Source: the human T2T-CHM13v2.0 reference genome, Homo sapiens. Taken from it: a stretch of DNA of 64,000 nucleotides. This document shows positions 1 through 12,170 of the stretch, one piece after another. Location of the stretch: the NCBI RefSeq assembly GCF_009914755.1, contig NC_060940.1; one strand, given 5' to 3'. The notes under the pieces were generated by a model that made no database searches, was not told where the DNA came from, and saw nothing but the letters and a program-made list of their open reading frames with translations. Made by a program: the position numbers and the translations under genes. Within the stretch, counting starts at the first letter, position 1, and every line of letters begins with the position of its first letter.

Positions 1-3000
1 TTCGATTGTGATTTCATTCGATTCCATTCGAAGATGATTCCATTCGAGTCCATTTGATGATTCCATTCGATTCCATTCAATGATGATTCCACTCAAATCC
101 ATTGGATGATTCCATTCGTTTCCAATCGGTGATTTCATTAGATTCCATTCGAGGATGATTCTATTCGAGTCCATTCAATGATTCCATTGGATTCCGTTTG
201 ATAATGATTCCATTAGAGTTCATTCGATGATTCCCTTCGAGTCCATTCGATTATTCCTTTTGATTCCATTTGATGATGATTCCATTCGATTCCATTCAAT
301 GATTCCATTCCATTCCATTCGATGATGATTCCATTCGATAATGATTACATTCGAGCCCATGTGATGATTCCATTAGATTCTATTCAATGATGATTCCATT
401 CGACCACATTCGATGATGGCATTCGAGTCCATTCGATGATTTCACTCGATTCCACTTGATGATGATTCCTTTTGAGTCCATTTGATGATAACATTCGAGT
501 CCATGAGATGACTCCATTCGATTCCATTTCATGATGATGCAATTCGAGGCTATTCGATCATCCCATTTCAGTGCATTCGGTGATTCTCTTTTATAACATT
601 CGATGAGGGCTCCATTCGAGTCCATTCAATGATTCCATTAGATTCCACTCGATGATGATTCCATTTGAGTCCATTCAAAGATTCCTTTCGAGTCCATTCG
701 ATAATTCTATTGGATTCCACTAGGTGATGATTCCTTTCGAGTCAATTCGATGATTCCTTTCAAGTGCCTTCAATGATTCCATTCGATTCCATTCGATGAC
801 GATTCATTTCAAGTCCATTCAATGGTTCCATTCTGTTGAATTTGATGGTTCCATTTGATTCCATTCGATGATGATTCCATTCGTGTCCATTGGATGATTC
901 CATTCGATTCCTTTCGAGGAAGATTCCATTCGACTCCATTCGATGATTCCGTTCGATTCCATTCCATGATGATTCCATTTGATTCCATTCCATGATTCCA
1001 TTCGATACCATTCGATGATGATTCCATTCGACTCCATTTGATGAATCCATTCAATGCTTCCATTCGAGTCCATTCGATGATTCCATTCGATTCCATTCCA
1101 TGAAGATTCCATTCGAGTACATTTGATGATTCCATTTAATTCCATAGGATGATGATTCTATTAGGGTCCGTTGACTATTCCATTCCATTCCATTCGAAGA
1201 TTCCATTCGAGTCCACTCGATGATTCTATTTGATTCCATTTGATAATTCCATTCGATTCCATTTGATGTTGATTCCATTCGAGTCCATTCGATCATTATT
1301 ACATTTGATTCTATTCGATGATTCCATTCGATTCCATTTGATGAGGATTCCATTCGAGACCATTTGATGATTCCATTCAATTCATTTGATGATGATTCCA
1401 TTCAATTCCATTGGATGATTCCAATATTTTCCATTAGATGATGATTCCATTCGATTCCATTCAATGATGATTCCATCAGAATCCATTCGATGATGACTCC
1501 TTTTGCTTCCATTCAATGATCATTACATTCGGTTCCATTCGATGATGATTCCTTTGGATTCCATTCGATGATGCTTCCATTCGATTCCATTTGATGATGA
1601 TTCTTTTCGATTCCATTTGATGATGATTCCATTTGATTCCATTCGATGGTGATTCCATTTGATGATTCCATTCGATTGTATTCGATGACGATTCCACTCG
1701 ATTCTATTTGATGATGACTGCATTCGATTCCATTCGATGATGATTCTGATCAATTGCATTCGATGATCCATTCGATTCCATTTGATGGTTCCATTTGATT
1801 CCATTTGATAATGATTCCTTTCGAGTCCATTCGATGATTCCATTTGCGGATATTCGATAATTCCATTTGAGTCCAACCGATGATTCCATTCGAGGCCATT
1901 CAGTCATTCTTTTTGAGTCCTTTCGATAAAGATTCCATTTTAGTCCATTCAATAATTCCACTGGAGTCCATTCGATGATTGCTTTTAATTCTATTCGATG
2001 ATATTCCATTCGAGTCCATTCGATGATTCCATTCGTTGCTATTAGATGATGATTCCATTCATGACCATTTGGTGATTCCATTCGATTTCATTCGTTGATG
2101 ATTCCATTCGAGTCCATTCCATGATTCCATTCAAGTCCATTTGATGATTTCTTTGAATTCAATTCGATGATGATTCCATTCGAGTCCATTCGATGATTCC
2201 ATTCAGTTCCATTCGATGATGATTCCTTTCGAGACCATATGATGATTCCATTTGATTTCATTCGATGATGATTCCATTCGATTCCATTCGATGATTCCAT
2301 TCTATTCCATTCGATGATGATTCCATTCGAGTCCATTTAATGATTCCATTGGGTTCAATTCAATGGTGATTACATTGGATTCTCTTCTATGATTCCATTC
2401 AATTCCGTTCATTGACAATTTGATTCCATTCGATGATGATTCCATTTGAGTTCATTCGATGATTCTATTCGATTCTCTTCGATGGTGATTCAATTCTATT
2501 ATATTGGATGATTCCATTCGATTCCATTTGATGTTGATTCAATTCGATTCTCTTCGATGATGATTCCATTGGATTTCATTTGATGATTCTATTCCATTCC
2601 ATTCAATGATGATTCACTTCTCGTCCATTGGATGATTCCATTTCATTCCATTCGATGATGATTCCATTCGATTCCATTCGATGATTCCATTTGATTCCAT
2701 TCGACGGTGAGCAATTCGATTCAATTCCATGATGATTCTATTTGATTCAGTTAGATGATGTTTCCATTCGAATCCATTCCATGATTATTCCATTCGAATC
2801 CATTCGGCGATGATTCCATATGAGTCAATTCAATGATGATTCCATATGGGTCAGTTCGATGATAATTCCATTTGATTTCATTCGATGCTTCTATTCAATT
2901 CCAGTCGATGATGATTCCGTTGGAGTCCATACGATGACTCCATTTGATTTCATTTGATGATGATTCCATTCGATTCCATTCGATGACTCCATTCTGTTCC

Positions 3001-6000
3001 ATTCGATGATGATTCCATTCGAGTCCATTCGATGATTCCATTCGAGTCCATTTCATGATTCCATTGGGTTCAATTCGATGATGATTACACTGGATTCCAT
3101 TCTATGATTCCATTCAATTCCATTCGTTGATGATTCGATTCCATTCAATCATGATTCCATTTGAGTTCATTCGATGATTCTATTCGATTCCGTTCGATGG
3201 TGATTCAATTCTATTATATTGGATGATTCCATTCGATTCCATTTGATGATGATTCCATTCGATTCCATTCGATGATGATTCCATTTGATTCCATTTGATG
3301 TTGACTCTATTCGATTCTATTCAATGATGATTCCATTCGATTTCATTTGATGATTCTATTCGATTCCTTTCGATGATTCTATTCCATTCCATTCGATGAT
3401 GATTCAATTCTCTTCCATTGGATGATTCCATTTTATTCCATTCGACGATGACTCCATTTGATTCCATTCAATGATGATTCCATTCGATTCCATTTGGTGA
3501 TTCCATTTGATTCCATTCGACGGTGAGCAATTTGATTCAATTCCATAATGATTCCATTTGATTCAATTAGATGATGTTTCCATTCGAATCCATTCGATGA
3601 TGATTCCATTGGTATCCATTCGACGATGATTCCATATGAGTCAATTCGATGATGATTCCATGCGAGTCCGTTGGATGATAATTCCATTTGATTTCATTCA
3701 ATCCTTCTATTCGATTCCATTTGATGATGATTCCATCTGAATCCATTCTCCGATTCCATTCGATTTCATTCGATGCTTCTATTTGATTTCATTCGAAGAT
3801 GATTCCTTTCAATTCCATTCATTAATTCCATTTGATTCCATTCGATGATGATTCCATCCGATTCCATTGGATGATGATTCCATTCGAGTCCATTCGATGA
3901 TTCCGTTCTATTCCATTCTATGATTCCATTCGAGTCCATTCGATGATTCCATTCGATTCCATTCAGTGATGATTCCATTTGATTCCATCTGATGATGATT
4001 TCATTTGATTCCATTCGATGATGATTCCATTGGAGTCCATTGAATGATTCAATTCAATTCCATTCCATGTGGATTCCATTCGAATTCATTCGATTATTCC
4101 ATTCAAATCCCTTCGTTGATTCCATCTGATTCCACTTGACGATGATTCCATTCAAGTCCAATCGATGATTCCATTCGGTTCCATTCAATGATTCCATTCG
4201 AGTCCATTTATGTATTATATTCGTGTCCACTTGATGATTCCATTCAATTCCATTTAATGATGATTCCATTTGATTCCATTTGATGATTCAGTTCGATTCC
4301 TTACAATGATTCCCTACGATTCCTTTCTATGATGATTCCATTCGATTCCATTCATTGATGATTCCATTCGACTCCATTCGATGATGATTCCTTTCGATTC
4401 CATTTGACGATGTTTCCATTTGAGTCCATTCGATGATGATTCAATTCAGTTCTGTTCTATTATGAATCCATTCGATTTCATTCAATGCTTCTATTTGATT
4501 CCATTCGACGATGATTCCATCTCTTTCCCTTCGATGATTCCATTTGATTCCATTCAGTGATGATTCCATTTGATTCCATCTGATGATGATTTCACTTGAT
4601 TCATTTCAATGATGATTCCATTCAGGTCCATTCGATGATTCCATTGGAGTCCAAACGATCATTCCATTCGATTCCATTCAATGATGATTCCATTCATGTC
4701 CATTCAATGAATCCTTTCAATTCCATTCGATGATGACTCCATTCGAGTACATTCGATGATTCCAGTTGATTCCATTTGATGATGATTACATTCAATTCCA
4801 TTCGAAGATGATTCCATTCAATTCCACTTGATGATGATTCCGTATGAATCCATTCGCTGATTATTCCATTCGATTCCATTCATTGACGATTCCATTCGAT
4901 TCCATTCAATGATGATTCTCTTCTATTCCATTCGATGATTCCGGTCGATTCCATTCGATGATGATTCCATTAGATTCCATTCGATTGTTGCATTCGATTC
5001 CCTTCGATGATGATTCCTTTGAATTCCATTCGATTATGATTCCGTAGGAATCCATTTGATGATTATTCCATTGGATTCCTTTCGATGATGATTCCATTCG
5101 ATTCCATTTGATGATGTTTCTCATGTATTCCATTTGATAATTCCTTTCAATTCCCTTCGATGATGATTCTTTCGAGTCAATTCGATGACTCTATTCCATT
5201 CCCTTCGATGATGATTCCATTTCACTCAATTTGATGATTCCATTCGATTCAATTTGGTGATGATTCAATTCGATGACATTCGATGACTCCATTCAATTTC
5301 ATTTGATGATGATTACATTCGAGTCCATTTGATGATTGTATTCCTTTCCTTTTGATGATTATTCCATTCGTGTCTATTCAAAGATTCCATTCTATTCCAT
5401 TCAATGATGATTCCAATTGATTCCATTCAATGATTATGGCTATCGATTCCACTCGTTGATTCCATTTGATTCCATTCGATGATTATTCCGTTAGATTCCA
5501 TTAGGAGATTCCATTCGATTTTATTCAATGATTCCAATTGATTCCATTCAATGATGATTCCATTCGACTCCATTCAGTGATTCCATTTGAGTCCATTTGA
5601 TGATTCCATTCGAGTCCATTTGATGATTCCATTCTTTTCCATTTGATGATGATTCCATTAGGGTCCATTCAATGATTCCATTCGAGTCCATTCGTTAATG
5701 CCTTTCGAGTCCTTTTGATCACTACATTCGAGTCCATTCAATGATTCTATTCGATTCCATTCCATGATGATTCCATTCGAGTTCATTCGATGATTGCATT
5801 CGAGTCCATTTGATGATTCCATATGATTCCATTCGACAATGATTCCATTCGTGTCCATTTGATGATTCCATTCATTTCCTATCGATGAAGATTCCATTCG
5901 AGTGTATTCGATGATTCCATTCAAATCCATTCGATGATGATTCCATTCCAGTCCATTCGATCATTCCACTTTATTCCATTTGATGACTATTCCATTCAAA

Positions 6001-6061
6001 TCCATTTGATGATTCCATTCGATTCCATTCGATGTTACCATTCGAGTATATACGATGATTC
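1..6061 (+). repeat. Diverged, non-periodic HSat2 flank preceding the higher-order array
   Basis: Same monomer grammar, but its ORF fingerprints do not recur at 6-kb spacing. Only blocks ~25-165, ~2170-2975 and ~3076-3231 align colinearly with the unit. Confidence 0.85.
2240..3740 (+). repeat. Old tandem duplication of a ~0.7-0.8 kb HSat2 module
   Basis: Rare markers occur twice: GGGTTCAATT at 2351 and 3066, CGGTGAGCAA at 2705 and 3521, and CATATGAGTCAATTC at ~2817 and ~3633. Confidence 0.8.
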
Positions 6062-9000
6062 CACTCGATTCCATTTGATGATTATTCCATTGGAGTCCAC
6101 TTAGTGAATCCTTTAGATTCTACTCGAAGATGATTCCATTCGAGTCCATTCGATGATACCATTCAATTCCATTCGTTGATGCTTCCATTCAAGTGCATTC
6201 GATGATATCATTCGATTCCATTTGATGATAATTCCATTTGATTCCATGTGATGATTCTATTCCATTCCATTCAATGATAATTCCATTCAATTCAGTGATT
6301 CCTCTGGACTCCATTTGATGATGATTCCATTCAATGATTCCATTCGATTCTATTCGAAAATGATTCCATTTGAATCCATTTGATGATGATTCCATTCGAT
6401 TCCATTTGATGATTCCATTCGATTCCATTCGACGATGATTCCATTCGATTCCATTTGATGATTCCATTCTATCCTATTCGATGATGATTCCATTCGATTC
6501 CATTCGATGATGATTGGATTCGATTCCATTTGATGATTTCATTTGATTCCATTCGTTAATGATTTCGATCAATTCCATTCGATGATTCCATTCGATTCCA
6601 TTCGATAATGATTACATCCGAGTCCATTCGATGATTCCCTTTGAGCCTGTTCGATAATTCCATTTGAGTCCAACCAATGATTCCATTCATTTCCATTCAA
6701 TGATTCCATTCGAGTCCATTTGATCATTCCAGTAGGGTCCATTCGATGTTGATTCCATTGGAGTGCATTCGATGATTCCATTCGAGTCCATTTTAGGATT
6801 TGATTCGAGTCCTTTCAATGATTCCATTCGATTCCACTCGATGATGATTTCATTCGAGTCCATTCGACACTTCCAATCGATTCCATTTGATGATTCCATT
6901 CGAGTCCAATTGATGATTCCATTCAATTCCATTCGATGATGATTCCGTACGATTCCATTCTGTGATGATTCCATGTGATTGCATTCAATGATGATTCCTT
7001 TCGATTGCATTCGATTATGATTCATTTCGTGTTCATTCTATGGTTCCACAGGTTTCCATTCGTGTCCATTCCATTATTCCATTCTATTCCATTTGATGAT
7101 GATTCCATTCGATTCCATTCATTGGTGATTCCACTCAATTCCATTCAATGATTCCATTCCATTTCTTTCAACAATGATTCCATTAGTTTCTAATCGATGA
7201 TCCACTTGATTCCATTTGACGACGATTCCATTCTTGTCCATTCGATGATTCCATTTGATTCCATATGATGATGATTCCATTCGATTCCATACCATGATGA
7301 TTCCATTCGAGTCCATTCAATGGTGATTCCATTCAATTCCATTCGATGATTCCTTTCGATTCCATTCGATGATGATGGCATTCGATTCCTTTCAATCATT
7401 CCCTTTGATTCCATTCAAAGGTGATTTCATTCAAGTCCATTCGATAATTGCATTCGATTCCATTCTATGATGATTCCATTCGAGTCCATTTGATGATTCC
7501 ATTCAATTCAAGTCAATGATGATTCCATTCGATTCCATTCGATGATTCCATTGGATTCCATTCGATGATGATTCCATTCAAATCCATTCGATAATTCAAT
7601 TCAAGTCCATTCGATGATGATTCCAATCGAATCCATTCAAAGATTCCATTCAGTTCCATTCGATGATTCCCTTAGATTCCATTCGATGATTCCACTTGAT
7701 TCCATTTACGATGATTCCATTCGATTCCATGTGATGATTCCATTCAATTCTATTCAATGGTGTCTCCATTTGATTCCATTCGACCATGATTGCTTTTGAT
7801 TCCATTCAATGATTCCATTCGGTTCCGTTTGATGATGATTCCGTTCGATTCCATTTGATGATTCCATTTGATTCCATTGGATGAGTCCATTCGATTACAT
7901 TCGATGATTATTCCATTCGAGTGCATTAGATGATTCCATTCGAGTCCATTCGATGATTCCATTCGATTCCATTCGATGTTGATTCTGTTCAAATCCATTC
8001 GATGATTCCACTCGATTCCATTCGATGACTCCATTTGATCTCATTCGATGATTTCCTTTGATTCCCTTTGATGATCATTCCATTTGATTCAATTCGGTGA
8101 TTTCATTTGATTCCATTCAGTGATGTTTCCATTCGACTCCATTCGATGATGATTCCATTCGACTCCATTCGATTATGATTTCATTAAATTCCATTCGATA
8201 ATGATTCCCTTCGAGTCCATTCGATGATTCCATTCGATTCCATTCAATGATGATTTGATTCGTGTCCATTCGATGATTCCATTTGATTCCACTTGATGAT
8301 GATTCCATTCGAGTCCATTTGATGATTCCATTCAATTCCATACTCCGATGATTTCTTTTGAGCCCATTCAATGCTTCCACTCGATTCCATATGATGACTC
8401 CATTCGATGAAATTCGATGATGATTCCATTCGCTTGCTTTCGATGATGATTCCACTTGAGTCCGTTAGAAGATTCTATTCAATTACATTCCATGACGATT
8501 CCGTTCGAGTCCATTTGATGATTCCATTAGACTCCATTCGACGATGATTCCATTTGATGTTATTCGATGATTCCATTCGATCTCATTTGATGATGATTCC
8601 ATTCAACTCCATTCGATGTTTCCATTCGAGTTCATTCTATTATTCCATTACATTCCATTCGATGATGATTCCATTCGATTCCATTTGATGATTGCATTCT
8701 ATTTCATTTGATGATGATTCCATTCGAGTCCACTCGATGATTCCATTCGAGTCCATTTAATGAATCCATTGGTTTCAATTCTATGATGATTACATTGGAT
8801 TCCATTCGTTGATGATTTCATTCGGTTCCATTCAATGATGATTCTATTCAATTCCTTTCAATGTTTCCATTCAATTCCATACGATGATGATTCCATTTGA
8901 TTTGATTCGACAGTGAGCCATTCGATTCAATACCATGATGATTCTATTTTATTCAATTGGTTGACATTTCCATTCGATTCCATTCGATAATGATTCCCTT

Positions 9001-12000
9001 TGATTCCATTCAAAGATGATTCCATTCTAGCCCATTCAATCATTCCATTCGATTCTATTCAATGATGATTCCATTCATGTCGATTTGGTGATTCCATTTG
9101 ACTTCATTTGATGGTGATTCCTTTCAAGTTCATTAGATGATTCCATTCGATTCCATTTGATGATGATCCCATTCGAGTCCATTCAGTGATTCCATTCGTT
9201 TCCATTCCATGATGATTCCATTCCATTCCATGCAATGATTCCATTCGATTCCGTTTGATGATGATTTCATTCGAGTCCATTTGATGATTCCATTTGATTC
9301 CATTCGATGATGATTCCATTCGAGTCCATTCGATGATTCTATTCGAATCCATTTGATGATTTCTTTTGATTATAGTTGGTGATGATTCCATTGGAGTCCA
9401 TTCAATGATTCCATTCGATTCCAATCGATGGTGATTCCATTAGAGTCCATTTAATGATTCCATTTGATTCCAGTCTCTGATGATTACATTCGAGTCCATA
9501 CGATGATTCCACTCAATTCCATATGAGGATGATTCCATTCGATTCCATTCGATGATTCCATTCTATTCTATTCAATGGTGATTCCATTCGAGTACATTAG
9601 ATGATTCCATTCGATTCCATTCAATGATGATTCTATTTGTGTCCCTTAGATGATTCCACATGATTCCATTAGATGATGATACTATTTGAGCCCATCCAAT
9701 GATTCCCTTCGATTCCATTCGATGAGGATTCCATTCGATTCAATTCATTGGTGATTCTATTCAATTCAATTCTTTGATTCCATTCCATTCCATTCGACAA
9801 TGATTCCATTCGATTTCTTTCGATGATTCCACTCGATTCCACTTGACATTGATTCCATTCGATTCCATTCAATGATTCCATTTGATTCCAGTGGATGATG
9901 ATTGCCATCGATTCCATTCGATCACTCCATTCTATTCCATTTGATGATGATTACATTCGATTCCATTTGATGATTCCATCTGATTCTATTCGAGGATTCC
10001 ATTTGATTCCATTCGCTGATGATTCCATTCGAGTCCATTCGATGATTTCATTCGAGTACATCCAATGATTCCATTCGAGTCCATTTGATGATTCCATTTG
10101 ATTCCATTTGATTATGATTCTACTAGAGTCCATTCAATGACTCCATTCGAGTCCATTCAACAATTCCATTCGACTCCATTCGATGATTCCATTCGATTCC
10201 ATTTGATGGTTCCATTCGAGTCCATTTAATCATTACAGTCGAGTCCATTTGGTGATTCCGCTGGATTTCCTTTGATAATGACACCATTCAATTACATTTG
10301 ATGATGATCCCATTCAATTTCATTTGATGATGACTCCATTAGAGTCCATTCGATGATTTTATTCGAGTCCCTTCATTGATTCCATCCGATTTCATTGGAT
10401 GATGACTCCATTCGAGTCCATTCGATGATTCCACTCGATTCCATTAGATGATTCCATTGGAGTCCATTTGATTGTCCCATTTGATTCCATTCGATTCCTT
10501 TCGAAGATTATTCCATTTGAGTCCATTCGATGATGATTCCATTCCATTCCATTCGATGATTCCGTTTGATTCCATTCGATGATTCCCTTCGATTCCTATC
10601 TTTGATGATTCCATTCCATTCCATTCAATGATTCCATTCGAATCTATTCCATGATGATTCCTTTCGATTCCATTCGCTGATGTTTCCGTTCAATTCCATT
10701 CGATGATGATTCCATTCGATTCCATTCATTGAGGATTCCATTTGATTCCATTCAATGATGATTCCATTCTATTCCATTCAAAGATTGCATTCAATTCCAT
10801 TCAATGGTTATCCCATTAGAGTAAACTCAACGATTCCATTCAATACCATTCGATGATGATTCCTTTTGAGTCCATTCAATGATTTCATTCAAGTCCATTT
10901 GATGATTCCTTTCAATTCCATTCTATGATGATTCCATTCGAGTCCATTCGATGATTCCATTCGATTGCATTCGATGATTCCATTATATTCCATTCAATGA
11001 TGATTCCATTCCAGTCCATTCGATGATTCCATTAGAGTACATTTAATGATTGCTTTGTTTTCAATTCGAAGATGATTACATTCGATTCCATTCTATGATA
11101 CCATTCGATTCCATTCAATGATGACTCCACTCAAATCCATTGGATGATTCCATTCGTGTCCATTCGGTGATTTCATTAGATTCCATTCGAGGATGACTCC
11201 ATTCGATTCCATTCGATGATTCCATTCAATTCCATTCGATGATGATTCCATTCGAGTCCATATGATCATTCCATTTGATTTCATTCGATGATGATTCCAT
11301 TCGATTCGATTCGACGATTCCATTCTATTCCATTCGATGATGATTCCATTCGAGTCCATTCGATCATTCCATTCGAGTCCATTTAATGATTCCATTGGGT
11401 TCAATTCAATGATGATTACATTGGATTCCGTTCTATGATTCCATTCAATTCCGTTCATTGACAATTTGATTCCATTCGATGATGATTCCATTTGAGTTCA
11501 TTCGATGATTCTATTCGATTCTCTTCGATGGTGATTCAATTCTATTATATTGGATGATTCCATTCGATTCCATTTGATGTTGATTCAATTCGATTCTATT
11601 CGATGATGATTCCATTGGATTTCACTTGATGATTCTATTCGATTCCATTCAATGATGATTCACTTCTCGTCCATTGGATGATTCCATTTCATTCCATTCG
11701 ATGATGATTCCATTCGATTCCATTCGATGATTCCATTTGATTCCATTCGACGGTGAGCAATTCGATTCAATTCCATGATGATTCTATTTGATTCAATTAG
11801 ATGATGTTTCCATTCGAATCCATTCCATGATTATTCCATTGGAATCCATTCGGCGATGATTCCATATGAGTCAATTCAATGATGATTCCATATGGGTCCG
11901 TTCGGTGATAATTCCATTTGATTTCATTCGATGCTTCTATTCAATTCCAGTCGATGATGATTCCGTTGGAGTCCATACGATGATTCCATTTGATTTCATT

Positions 12001-12170
12001 TCATGATGATTCCATTCGATGACAATTACATTGGATTCCATTCTATGATTCCATTCAATTCCATTCGTTGATGATTCGATTCCATTCAATGATGATTCCA
12101 TTTGAGTTCATTCGATGATTCTATTCGATTACATTCTATGGTGATTCAATTCTCTTACATTGGATGATTC
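6062..12170 (+). repeat. Higher-order unit copy 1 (6109 bp; carries extra 49 bp near 6400-6450)
   Basis: Bounded by the (C/G)ACTCGATTCCATTTGATGATTATTCCATTGGAGTCCACTTAGTGAATC marker at 6062 and 12171. ORF coordinate offsets are 6189 to 12298 = 6109 and 6569 to 12629 = 6060. Confidence 0.92.
7175..11034 (-). promoter_or_regulatory. Cluster of DUX4-consensus matches TAATGGAATCA (shown for copy 1; repeated in each unit)
   Basis: TGATTCCATTA at 7175, 8519, 9432, 9661, 10975 and 11024. Its reverse complement TAATGGAATCA fits the degenerate DUX4 consensus TAAYBBAATCA. DUX4 is known to bind and activate HSATII, but occupancy at this locus is not shown. Confidence 0.4.

Noticed and set aside
7038-7060. 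Odd islands such as CTATGGTTCCACAGGTTTCC (also GTAGGGTCC at ~6732 and AGAGTAAACTCAACG at ~10818) as foreign inserts or motifs
   Set aside because: They stay in register with the monomer and are explained by clustered substitutions. They are useful only as unit markers.
8466-8480. Heat-shock element (GAAGATTC)
   Set aside because: Only two inverted nGAAn units are present, which is expected by chance in TTC-rich sequence. Canonical HSEs need three.
7788-11060. Possible hidden ~1.6-kb sub-period from GATT(G/T)CTTT motifs at ~7788, ~9358 and ~11048
   Set aside because: Spacing is uneven (1570, 1690), another copy lies at ~8350, and I could not align the flanks by eye. This needs computed autocorrelation.
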